Below are positions 9,921-18,892 of a stretch of 64,000 nt of DNA, in pieces. A program made the position numbers and the translations under genes. The notes beneath the pieces are model-generated. The model searched no databases and was not told the origin of the DNA. It saw only the letters and a program-made list of their open reading frames with translations. Position 1 is the first letter of the stretch, and every line of letters starts with the position of its first letter. The DNA is taken from assembly GCA_030604825.1 (NCBI GenBank), contig JAUVVB010000006.1:5781-69780 (forward strand), read 5' to 3'. The DNA is from Chloroflexota bacterium (lineage in GTDB: Bacteria > Chloroflexota > Dehalococcoidia > E44-bin15).

Positions 9921-10943
9921 TTGCTGAAAAGCGGCCGTTTCTGGATCGGAGTAGCGTTTATCGTCATCTTCCTGGCCCTTTTCTTCTATCGGGTGGACTT
10001 CGTGGAGATGGGCCGGGCACTGGTCAGGGCCAACTACATCTTTGTGCTTCCTGCCTTGGCGGTCTACCTGGTAGGGGTCTGGTTCCGAGCGGTTCGCTGG
10101 CGGTATCTGCTACATCCCCTGGGCGATTTTGCCTCCCACCGTCTCTTCCCGCTGATAGTAATAGGGTTTGCGGTGAATAACATCCTTCCCGGAAGATTGG
10201 GCATATTGGTGAGGGCCTTCATCCTTGGTGAAAGAGAGGGGATTAGCAAGATGGCCACCGGGGCCACCGTTGCCGTGGAGCGCGTCTTCGATGGGCTGGC
10301 CTTGATCCTCTTCCTGGTGGTGCTCTCCTTCGTGGTGCCCCTGCCAGGCGCGGTGGAGATGATCAAATGGGTGGCGGTCGGCGTCTTTGTGGGTTGCCTG
10401 ATCATATTGTTGCTGATCACCATCCGGGAGGATTTCATCCGCAGGCTGGTGAGGGCATTGATTCACCTCTTCCCTCAACGGTGGCGGCCCAAACTGGCTG
10501 ATTGGCTTGACTTTGCGCTCACCGGGCTCCAGATGCCGCGCAGCCCAAGGAGGCTCCTCGCCGTTTCCATCACCTCGCTCCTGGTTTGGCTCTGTGAGGG
10601 GGGCATGTTCTATCTGCTCTCCCTTTGCTTCGTCGGTGTGGGGCAACCCTTCCATGTCATGCTGGTGGTGATGGCCATCGCCACCCTTAGCTGGGCGGTG
10701 CTCGTCGCCCCTGGCGGCCTGGGCCCCTTCGATTACTTTGGCCGGGAAACCCTCACCTTTTTTGGGGTTACCGCCGGGGTGGCCAGTGCCGCCATCGTGC
10801 TAATCCATGCGGCGCTGCTTCTGCCCATGATAGCGCTGGGGTTTGTATTCCTCTGGATGGAGAATATATCCCTGGCCAGGGTGGTTTCGGAGCGGCGAGG
10901 ATTGGCAGTCGATAATGACATCGCCCTGGAGGAGGGGGAATGA
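9921..10943 (+). CDS. UPF0104 / lysylphosphatidylglycerol-synthase-TM-region (MprF flippase-like) membrane protein
   Basis: 340 aa with about 8 TM helices and the 'RAVRWRYLL' motif characteristic of the TIGR00374 flippase-like family. TTG start. Confidence 0.65.
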   Translation: MLKSGRFWIGVAFIVIFLALFFYRVDFVEMGRALVRANYIFVLPALAVYLVGVWFRAVRWRYLLHPLGDFASHRLFPLIVIGFAVNNILPGRLGILVRAFILGEREGISKMATGATVAVERVFDGLALILFLVVLSFVVPLPGAVEMIKWVAVGVFVGCLIILLLITIREDFIRRLVRALIHLFPQRWRPKLADWLDFALTGLQMPRSPRRLLAVSITSLLVWLCEGGMFYLLSLCFVGVGQPFHVMLVVMAIATLSWAVLVAPGGLGPFDYFGRETLTFFGVTAGVASAAIVLIHAALLLPMIALGFVFLWMENISLARVVSERRGLAVDNDIALEEGE

Positions 10944-12232
10944 ACGTTGGGGTCATCGGTGGCGGCATCGCCGGGCTCAGCGCCGCCTATGAACTGAGCC
11001 GGCGGGGGCACAAGGTGGCCCTCTTTGAAAAAGAGCCCCAGCTTGGCGGTCAGGCGGCCACCTTCGAGATAGCGGGGGAGAGGGTGGAAAGGTTCTACCA
11101 CCACATCTTCACCAGCGATAGCGACATAATTCAACTCATCCATGAGCTGGGGCTGGGGGAAAGGCTGGTTTGGCTCGACTCCAGGGTTGGTTTTCTTTAC
11201 CGGGGGAGGATATACGATTTCGTCACCCCCCGGGACCTGCTCAGGTTCAGGCCGGTGAGCCCCGTTGACCGGGTGCGCCTGGGATTGGTTTCCCTTTATC
11301 TGAGGCGATATAAGGACTGGCCTCGGCTGGAGGGGAAAACCGCCCAGGGGTGGATCACCAAGTATGCGGGGAGGCGAAACTACGAGACGGTTTGGGGGCC
11401 TTTGCTCAGGAACAAGTTTGGAGCCAGCTGTGGTGAGGTGGGCATGGTTTGGCTCTGGGGGAAGATACACCTGCGCTTCTCATCCCGCAGCCGGGGCAGG
11501 GAGCGCCTGGGCTACCTGATGGGGAGCTTCGGGCTGCTGGTGGATGCCCTGGCACAGAGGATCGCCGATCTCGGCGGAAAGATCTATACCTCATCGCCGG
11601 TTAGCCAAATCGTGGTGCAGGGTGAAAAGGTGGTTGGGCTTCAGGTTGGAGGGGAGTTTCATCCCTTTGATGCCGTCATCGCCACCGTTCCCTCGCCCGC
11701 CTTCCTCCACATGGTGCCCCAATTGTCGGGGGAATACGCTGCCAAGCTGAAGGGGACGCGCTATCAGGCAGCGGCCTGTCTGGTCCTTTCCCTTAAAGCG
11801 CCCCTCTCCCCTATCTACTGGCTGAATATAAGCGATGCCACCATCCCCTTTGTCGCCATAATCGAGCACACCAACTTCGTTGACCCTTCAAACTACGGGG
11901 GCAGGCATATCCTTTATATCTCCAACTACCTTTCACCGCATGACCCCCGGTATCAACTGGACTCAGACCAGCTTCTCGAGGAGTACCTGCCCCACCTTCA
12001 AAAGGTCAATCCCAATTTTGAACCTGGCTGGATAGAGCAGTGCCACCTCTTTCGGGAGGAAGCGGGGCAGCCCATCATCGCCAAAAACTATTCCTCCCAG
12101 ATAGCAGAGCATCGCACCCCGATATCGAACCTCTACCTGGCAAACACCACCCAGATATATCCTGAAGACAGGGGGATGAACTATAGCGTGAGGTTGGGGC
12201 TCAAGGTAAGTGAAATCCTGGACGGGGGTTGA
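10940..12232 (+). CDS. NAD(P)/FAD-dependent oxidoreductase (amine-oxidase / phytoene-desaturase-like)
   Basis: N-terminal dinucleotide fold 'VGVIGGGIAGLSAAYEL...LFEKEPQLGGQA'. 430 aa. Confidence 0.7.
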   Translation: MNVGVIGGGIAGLSAAYELSRRGHKVALFEKEPQLGGQAATFEIAGERVERFYHHIFTSDSDIIQLIHELGLGERLVWLDSRVGFLYRGRIYDFVTPRDLLRFRPVSPVDRVRLGLVSLYLRRYKDWPRLEGKTAQGWITKYAGRRNYETVWGPLLRNKFGASCGEVGMVWLWGKIHLRFSSRSRGRERLGYLMGSFGLLVDALAQRIADLGGKIYTSSPVSQIVVQGEKVVGLQVGGEFHPFDAVIATVPSPAFLHMVPQLSGEYAAKLKGTRYQAAACLVLSLKAPLSPIYWLNISDATIPFVAIIEHTNFVDPSNYGGRHILYISNYLSPHDPRYQLDSDQLLEEYLPHLQKVNPNFEPGWIEQCHLFREEAGQPIIAKNYSSQIAEHRTPISNLYLANTTQIYPEDRGMNYSVRLGLKVSEILDGG

Positions 12233-12257
12233 ATTCCGCAGCGCTTCGCAGTATTAT
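12229..12257 (+). promoter_or_regulatory. candidate sigma70-like promoter upstream of nfnA (TTGAAT-17-TATTAT)
   Basis: Read directly from sequence: -35 at 12229-12234, 17-nt spacer, -10 at 12252-12257. A leader of about 140 nt would precede the nfnA ATG at 12404. Confidence 0.25.
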
Positions 12258-12403
12258 AGTAAGGGAGTTGTTGCAGCTTTTACAAGCCCTCACTTTGGGA
12301 TGAAGCAGGAGCAGCTTTTTGAGGTTTCCACCGCCGGACAGGTATAGCTGCTCTCCTTTTTTGCCCAAAAACTGCCCCAATACCGCGAAAGTGACAGGAA
12401 CCG

Positions 12404-13252
12404 ATGATGTATAGGATCATGCTTAGAGAGGATCTAGTTCCCAGTATTCACCTGTTCAAGATCGAGGCCCCGGCGGTTGCCAAGAAGGCCAAACCGGGGC
12501 AATTCGTTATGGTAAGGGTGGATGAGAAGGGGGAGCGCTTCCCCCTCACCATCGCCGACTGGGACCGCGATGAGCGGAGTGTCAGCGTGGTCTTCATGGA
12601 AGTAGGCACCTCGACCCGTAAGCTGGCAACCTTGAAGGCCGGCGATTCCATCGCTACCTTCACCGGTCCCTTGGGCTTGCCCACCCATATCGAGAATTTT
12701 GGCACCGTAGTCTGTGTGGCTGGCGGGTTTGCGGTGGCCACCATCATGCCCATTGCTCGTGCCCTGAAGGAGGCGGGGAACAGGGTGATCTCCATTATGG
12801 GGGCGAGGTCGAAGGACCTGCTTTTCTGGGAGGAGCACCTGGGGGGCGTCAGTCACCGCCTGATAGTTACCACCGATGACGGCTCCTATGGCCGCAAGGG
12901 GGTGGTCACCGAGCCCCTGAGGGAACTCCTTGAGGGAGACGACAGGATAGATAGGGTGATCGCCATCGGCCCCGCAGTGATGATGAAGTTCTGCTCCCTG
13001 ACCACCCAACCCTTCGGTGTTAAGACCATCGTCAGCCTCAACCCCATAATGGTGGATGGCACCGGTATGTGTGGTAGCTGCCGGGTATCGGTTGGTGGTG
13101 AAACCAAGTTCGTCTGCGTTGATGGGCCCGATTTCGACGGTCATCAGGTGGATTGGGACCTTCTCTTTGCCCGCCAGAGGATTTACCTCGAGGAGGAAAA
13201 GCAGTCCTTGGAGAGATGGGAGCAAATATGTAAGTCCGGAGCTGAGAGTTAG
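12404..13252 (+). CDS. nfnA: NfnA/SudB-like FAD- and [2Fe-2S]-binding subunit (dihydroorotate-dehydrogenase electron-transfer-subunit fold)
   Basis: 282 aa with 'PGQFVMVR' FAD-binding barrel and a C-terminal Cys cluster 'GMCGSCRVSVGGETKFVCVDGP'. Immediately followed by a GltD-like gene. Confidence 0.75.
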   Translation: MMYRIMLREDLVPSIHLFKIEAPAVAKKAKPGQFVMVRVDEKGERFPLTIADWDRDERSVSVVFMEVGTSTRKLATLKAGDSIATFTGPLGLPTHIENFGTVVCVAGGFAVATIMPIARALKEAGNRVISIMGARSKDLLFWEEHLGGVSHRLIVTTDDGSYGRKGVVTEPLRELLEGDDRIDRVIAIGPAVMMKFCSLTTQPFGVKTIVSLNPIMVDGTGMCGSCRVSVGGETKFVCVDGPDFDGHQVDWDLLFARQRIYLEEEKQSLERWEQICKSGAES

Positions 13253-13255
13253 GCC

Positions 13256-14665
13256 ATGCCCAAACTGGATCTAAACCGAGTTCCCATGCCCAAGCAGGAG
13301 CCCCAGGTGCGGGCGAGGAATTTCAACGAGGTCGCCCTGGGATACACCGCAGAGCAGGCTATAGCCGAGGTAAACCGCTGCATCCAGTGCCCAAAGCGAG
13401 CCTGCGTTGATGGCTGCCCGGTGGAGATCGATATCCCCGATTTCATCGAGGCGCTGAGGGTGAGCAACATGCGGGAGGCGGTGCGAATCCTGAAGAGCAA
13501 GAACAGCCTTCCCGGAATCTGCGGGCGGGTGTGCCCCCAGGAGACCCAGTGTGAGGACACCTGTTCCCTGGCCAAGAAGGCAGCCCCCATAGCCATCGGC
13601 CGCCTGGAGAGGTATGTAGCCGATTGGGAGCTGGAGCAGGGGGAGATGGAAAGGCCGGAGATCGCTAAGCCTACCGGAAGGAGGATCGCCATAGTGGGCT
13701 CGGGGCCAGCGGGCCTCACCGCCGCCGCCGACCTGGCCAAGCTGGGGCATGAGGTCACCATATTGGAGAGCCTCCATTGAGCCGGCGGCGTATTGATGTA
13801 TGGCATACCCGAATTCAGGTTGCCCAAGCGCATTGTCCAGGTGGAGGTGGACTATGTGAAATCCCTGGGGGTGGAGATAAGGCTGGACTCCGTGGTGGGG
13901 AAGACCTTCACCGTGGACGAAATCCTGAAGGATGGCTACAGCGCCGTCTTTCTGGGCACGGGAGCGGGGCTGCCCATGTTCCTCAACATCCCCGACGAAA
14001 ACCTAAATGGCATCTATTCGGCCAATGAATTCCTCACCCGTACCAACCTGATGAAGGCCTATCTCTTCCCCGAGTACGATACCCCCCTTAAGGTAGGTAG
14101 GAGGGTGGCAGTGATCGGTGGCGGCAATGTGGCCATGGATGCCGCCAGGTGTGCCCTCAGGCTGGGGGCAGGGGAGGTGTATATCGTCTATCGGCGCTCC
14201 GAGGCGGAGATGCCGGCGCGGCGGGAGGAGGTGGAAAACGCCCAGGAGGAGGGCATTATCTTCAAGCTGCTCACCAATCCCAAGAGGTTCATCGGCAACG
14301 ATCAGGGCTGGGTGGTGGGCATGGAATGCTACGAGATGGAGCTGGGGGAGCCCGATGAGAGTGGCAGGCGTCGTCCCATCCCCAAGCCCGGCAGCGAGTT
14401 CATCATCGATGTCGATGTGGCGGTGGTAGCCTTGGGCACCACCCCCAACCCCCTGGTCCCCTCCACCACAAAAGGGCTGGAGGTCACCAGGCGGGGCACC
14501 GTAATCGCCGATGAGGAGACGGGCAAGACCACAAAGCCCGGCGTCTGGGCGGGGGGCGATGTGGTCACCGGAGCGGCCACCGTGATCAGCGCCATGGGGG
14601 CGGGGAAAAAGGCAGCCACCTCTATCGATGAATTCCTCAGGGAGCAAGGAGGATTGCTGAGGTGA
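13256..14665 (+). CDS. nfnB: NfnB/SudA/GltD-like NADPH oxidoreductase (glutamate synthase small-subunit family), interrupted by an in-frame TGA at 13778-13780
   Basis: ORFs 13256-13780 and 13793-14665 are in the same frame and together form a complete GltD-like protein. It has two Cys clusters, 'VAIVGSGPAGLTAAADL' and 'YGIPEFRLPK'. The TGA sits where paralogs have Gln/Glu (compare 'EALPQPGGMLRYGIPDYRLPK' in the downstream fusion). Confidence 0.7.
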
Positions 14666-17600
14666 CCAAGGTTAGGATTACCATCAATGGCGAAGAGATT
14701 CTCGCTCCAGCCCACCAGACCATTCTAGAGGTTTGCCGCGATAGTAATATCCCCGTTCCCATTCTGTGCCACGATGATCAATTGAAGCCTTTGGGGGGTT
14801 GCTGGATATGCGTTGTTGAGGTTAAGGGGCATGATCTAGTGCCTAGTTGTGTCACCAGCGTGTGGCCGGGGATGGTAGTGGAGACCGATAGCGACAGAGT
14901 TCGTGCTGCTCGGAAAGGTCGCCTGGAAGAGCTTCTCGCCCCCCATTATGGTGATTGCATCGCACCCTGCCAAGCTGCCTGCCCCGCTGGGGTGGATGTT
15001 CAGGGTTATGCATCCCTGCTCGCTAGAGGGCAGTATAGCGCGGCAGTTGCCGTCATCAAGGAAGCGATCCCCATGCCCGCAGTCATAGGACGCATTTGTC
15101 CTCACCCTTGCGAATTATCAGGTCGCCGTAGTCTAGTGGATGAACCATTGGCCATCTGTCACCTTAAGCGGTTTGCCGCAGATTACGACCTTATTTTGAG
15201 CAAGGAAAGATTTGTCCCGTCCTTGAAACCCAAGAGTGGCTTTAGAGTTGCTGTCATTGGAGCTGGGCCGGCGGGTCTTTCTGCCGCTTTCTATCTGGTG
15301 CGAATGGGACACGAGGTGGAGGTCTTTGAAGCCTTGCCCCAGCCTGGGGGCATGTTGCGCTACGGGATACCCGATTACCGCCTACCAAAGGACATCCTTG
15401 ACCGAGAGATCGCCGCCATCGCAGAGCTAGGGGTGCCGATCAGAACCGGCTGTGCCCTGGGGAAGGACTTCACCTTAGAGAGCCTCTTCAAAGACGGCTT
15501 CCATGCTGTCTTTCTCTCTGTAGGGGCTCATAAGAGCCAAAGGATGAAAGTTGAAGGGGAAGACTTGGAAGGTGTTCTGCCGGGCACCGATTTTCTGCGC
15601 TCCGTGGCCCAGGCGGAGCCGATGAAGGTGGGGAGGCGGGTAGCGGTGATCGGTGGCGGCAATACGGCCATTGACGCGGCGCGGACCGCTCTGCGCCTGG
15701 GTGCGGAGGAGGTGACAATTGTTTATCGCCGCTCCAGGGCTGAGATGCCAGCCGGTGAATGGGAGGTGGAGGAGGCGGAGGAAGAGGGGACCGGACTTCA
15801 TTTTCTGGCAGCACCGGTCAGGATAATTGGGGAAGATGGCAAGGTGAGCGGTCTTGTTTGCATCAGAATGGCCTTGGGCGAGCCGGATGCCAGCGGGCGT
15901 CCCAGGCCGGAGCCCATCCCTGGCACTGAGTTTATTCTGGCAGTCGACACCGTTATCGCCGCCATTGGTCAGACCCCCGATATCTCTTTTCTGGAAGCGG
16001 AGCATGTTCCCTCTGATAGGGGCAATCTCAAGGTCGGCAGGGGAGACGTCATCCTGGCACATCCCGAAACTTTTCACACTGACATGAAGGGGGTCTTTGC
16101 TGGTGGCGATGCCGTAACTGGACCAGCACGGGCGGTGGACGCGATGGCGGCGGGTAGGAAGGCCGCCATCTCCATCGATCGCTATCTAAAGGGCGAGGGG
16201 TTGGAAAGTGGGGGTAAATCCTTCAACTTGAGCAAAGGCCAACTGAGCGAACTGCCGAAAGAACAGTTTGCGGAAGTGGAACTTAAGCCCAGAGGGAGGA
16301 TGCCAAAACTCAGACCATTAGGGAGACGGGAGAACTTTCGGGAAATCGAGCTCGGCTACACAGAGGATATGGCGAGGAGAGAAGCGGAACGGTGCATGTC
16401 CTGTGGCTGCAAAGCAGCCGATTATTGCACCCTGCGCCAGCTCGCCGCGGAGTATGGAGTGCCGCCCTCACCTATCAGGAGGGATGGATACATCTACCCT
16501 ATAGATAGGTCTCATCCGTTCATCGAATTCGATGCTAACAAGTGTATCAGTTGCACCCGCTGTGTTCGAATATGCCATGAGGTGCAAGGCGTTGGGGCGC
16601 TGAGCTTCTGCTATGGGGTAGCCATCCCCTCTCATGTCCTATCCCTCATGGATACAAATTGCCAATCCTGTGGCCAGTGTGTTGCCAGTTGCCCCGTGGG
16701 AGCGCTCGTATCCAAAGACAGCTTGCCACCGCTATCGGAGGTGAGGACGGTCTGTCCTTATTGCGGTGTGGGTTGTGGCATTCGGCTGGGTGTAATCGGC
16801 AATGCCGTTGTTAGCGTGCGCGGCGACGCTGAAAATCCGGTCAATAAAGGCAAGCTCTGCGTTAAGGGTCGCTTTGGCATTGCTGACTTCGTCAACCATC
16901 AGGAGCGCCTTACCACCCCTCTGATCAGGAAAAATGGAGAGCTTGCCGAAGCTAGCTGGGATGAAGCCCTGGAGCTTGTCGCCGCTAAGCTATCAAACTA
17001 TAAGGGCGAGGAATTTGCCGTCATCACCTCTGCCAAGTGCACCAATGAGGAGAACTACCTGCTTCAGAAGTTCGCCCGGGCGGTGATGGCAACCAATAAC
17101 GTGGACCACTGCGCCCGCCTGTGCCATGCTCCATCGGTGGCGGGGTTGGTGCAGAGCTTCGGCAGCGGGGCGATGACCAATTCCATTGCCGAGATCAGCG
17201 ATGCCAGATGCATCTTCGCCATCGGCACCAACACCACATCGACCCATCCCGTAATCGGCCTGGAGGTGGTAAGAGCGGTGCGCAGAGGGGGAAAGCTCAT
17301 CGTGGCCAACCCCCGCGAGATCGACCTTTGCCACCATGCCACCATATGGCTTCAGCAGCGGCCGGGCACCGATGTTGCCCTGCTCATGGGCATGATGAGG
17401 GTCATCGTCGATGAGGGCCTGATGGATGAAGGATTCATCCAGGAGCGCTGCGAGAATTTCGACCAGTTCCGCGATTCGCTCAAGGGCTTTGACCTGGAGA
17501 GGGTGGAGCAGATCACAGGCATTCCTCAGCATAAGATCGCTGAGGCGGCGAGGCTATATGCGCTGAACCCGCCAGCGACCATCCTCTATGCCATGGGGAT

Positions 17601-18759
17601 CACCCAGCACTCCCACGGCACCGATAACGTGATCGCCACCGCCAACCTGGCGATGCTCACCGGGAACATGGGCAAGCCCTCAACCGGGGTAAACCCGCTT
17701 AGGGGGCAAAATAACGTTCAGGGAGCCTGCGATATGGGGGCCTTGCCCAACGTCTACCCCGGATATCAGGCGGTGGGCGATCCCTCCATCAAGGCGAAGT
17801 TCGAGAAGGCGTGGGGGGCATCATTGAGCGATTCCCCGGGGCTCACCCTCACCGAGATCACCGATGCCGCATACCGGGGGCAGATCAAGGCCCTCTACTT
17901 GGTGGGGGAGAACCCTATGTTGAGCGAGCCCGATGCTCATCACGTCGAGGAGGCGCTGAAGAAGCTGGACTTCCTCCTGGTTCAGGATATCTTCCTCTCG
18001 GAAACCGCCGAACTGGCCGATGTGGTTCTCCCCGCGGCGAGCTTTGCCGAGAAGGATGGCACCTTCACCAATACCGAGCGCCGGGTGCAGCGGGTGCGCC
18101 GGGCACTGGAGCCCAGGGGAGAATCAAAGCCTGACTGGTGGATCACCTGCCAGATAGCAAGGAGGATGGGGGCTGGGGGCTTCGATTTCGCCCACCCCTC
18201 TCAGATATCCGATGAGATGACTCAGCTCACCCCCTCCTATGGGGGGATATCCTACCAGCGCCTGGAGGATGGCGGCCTGCAATGGCCCTGCCCCAGCGCT
18301 GAGCACCCAGGAACGCCTATCCTCCACCGTGAGCAATTCACCCGGGGCAAGGGCAGGTTCATCCCCCTGGAGTACAAGCCCTCGCTGGAGCTGCCCGATG
18401 GCGATTACCCCCTCATCCTCACCACGGTGCGAAGCCTGTATCAATTCCATACCGGGACCATGACCAGGAGGGTGGAGGGGCTCAATGTGCTGAAGGGGGA
18501 AGAGCTGGTTGAGATCAACCCCCAGGATGCCCAAAGCCTGGGCATTGGCGATGGCGACAGGGTGAAGGTAGCCTCAAGGAGGGGCGAGGTGACTGCCAGG
18601 GCAAAGGTCACCGAAAGCTCGCCCCCGGGGGTGATTGCCATGAGCTTCCACTTCACCGAGACCAGGACGAACCTCATCACCAGCCCGGCGCTGGACCCCG
18701 TCTCCAAGATCCCCGAGCTCAAGGTGTGTGCGGTAAGGGTGGAAAGACTGAGCGAATAG
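14662..18759 (+). CDS. fdhA: fusion protein: [2Fe-2S] ferredoxin domain + GltD-like NAD(P)H-binding flavoprotein domain + 2x[4Fe-4S] + molybdopterin formate dehydrogenase catalytic subunit (FdhA-like, Cys-type)
   Basis: 1365 aa. Its GTG start overlaps the nfnB stop. Domains in order: 'CHDDQLKPLGGCWICVV' (2Fe-2S), 'FRVAVIGAGPAGLSAAFYL...YGIPDYRLPK' (GltD-like), 'CISCTRCVRIC'/'CQSCGQCVASCP' (4Fe-4S), 'TVCPYCGVGCGI' (MopB Fe4S4), and the active-site region 'CARLCHAPSVAGL' with Cys at the position where FdhF has Sec. Confidence 0.8.
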   Translation: MTKVRITINGEEILAPAHQTILEVCRDSNIPVPILCHDDQLKPLGGCWICVVEVKGHDLVPSCVTSVWPGMVVETDSDRVRAARKGRLEELLAPHYGDCIAPCQAACPAGVDVQGYASLLARGQYSAAVAVIKEAIPMPAVIGRICPHPCELSGRRSLVDEPLAICHLKRFAADYDLILSKERFVPSLKPKSGFRVAVIGAGPAGLSAAFYLVRMGHEVEVFEALPQPGGMLRYGIPDYRLPKDILDREIAAIAELGVPIRTGCALGKDFTLESLFKDGFHAVFLSVGAHKSQRMKVEGEDLEGVLPGTDFLRSVAQAEPMKVGRRVAVIGGGNTAIDAARTALRLGAEEVTIVYRRSRAEMPAGEWEVEEAEEEGTGLHFLAAPVRIIGEDGKVSGLVCIRMALGEPDASGRPRPEPIPGTEFILAVDTVIAAIGQTPDISFLEAEHVPSDRGNLKVGRGDVILAHPETFHTDMKGVFAGGDAVTGPARAVDAMAAGRKAAISIDRYLKGEGLESGGKSFNLSKGQLSELPKEQFAEVELKPRGRMPKLRPLGRRENFREIELGYTEDMARREAERCMSCGCKAADYCTLRQLAAEYGVPPSPIRRDGYIYPIDRSHPFIEFDANKCISCTRCVRICHEVQGVGALSFCYGVAIPSHVLSLMDTNCQSCGQCVASCPVGALVSKDSLPPLSEVRTVCPYCGVGCGIRLGVIGNAVVSVRGDAENPVNKGKLCVKGRFGIADFVNHQERLTTPLIRKNGELAEASWDEALELVAAKLSNYKGEEFAVITSAKCTNEENYLLQKFARAVMATNNVDHCARLCHAPSVAGLVQSFGSGAMTNSIAEISDARCIFAIGTNTTSTHPVIGLEVVRAVRRGGKLIVANPREIDLCHHATIWLQQRPGTDVALLMGMMRVIVDEGLMDEGFIQERCENFDQFRDSLKGFDLERVEQITGIPQHKIAEAARLYALNPPATILYAMGITQHSHGTDNVIATANLAMLTGNMGKPSTGVNPLRGQNNVQGACDMGALPNVYPGYQAVGDPSIKAKFEKAWGASLSDSPGLTLTEITDAAYRGQIKALYLVGENPMLSEPDAHHVEEALKKLDFLLVQDIFLSETAELADVVLPAASFAEKDGTFTNTERRVQRVRRALEPRGESKPDWWITCQIARRMGAGGFDFAHPSQISDEMTQLTPSYGGISYQRLEDGGLQWPCPSAEHPGTPILHREQFTRGKGRFIPLEYKPSLELPDGDYPLILTTVRSLYQFHTGTMTRRVEGLNVLKGEELVEINPQDAQSLGIGDGDRVKVASRRGEVTARAKVTESSPPGVIAMSFHFTETRTNLITSPALDPVSKIPELKVCAVRVERLSE

Positions 18760-18846
18760 GATAGGTTAAACCGAGAACGAAGCGCCTCATCTTTTCGTGT
18801 GGGGCGATTTTTTGTTGTATAGCCCAGAGGTCGAAAAAAGATTTCA

Positions 18847-18875
18847 TTGTTATCGCCTGCGATTTTTAGTAGAAT
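18847..18875 (+). promoter_or_regulatory. candidate sigma70-like promoter of mutS (TTGTTA-17-TAGAAT)
   Basis: -35 at 18847-18852, 17-nt spacer, -10 at 18870-18875, 17 nt upstream of the mutS ATG (18893). Confidence 0.3.
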
Positions 18876-18892
18876 AACGCAAAGGTGAAGAG

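Noticed and set aside
13778-13780. The in-frame TGA in nfnB as a selenocysteine codon
   Set aside because: The aligned position in paralogs (including the GltD module 1 kb downstream) is Gln/Glu next to Pro, never Cys/Sec. I see no obvious SECIS-like hairpin immediately downstream. Kept as a finding of error, pseudogene or readthrough instead.
17090-17140. Possible selenocysteine in the formate dehydrogenase active site
   Set aside because: The motif reads CARLCHAPSVAG with a TGC/TGT Cys codon where FdhF has UGA-Sec. There is no in-frame TGA here, so this is a Cys-type enzyme.
18760-18846. Possible terminator after the FDH gene (CGCC...GGCG followed by ATTTTTTG)
   Set aside because: The stem is only 4-5 bp with a roughly 15-nt loop, too weak to call. 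The T-run may simply be part of the mutS promoter region.
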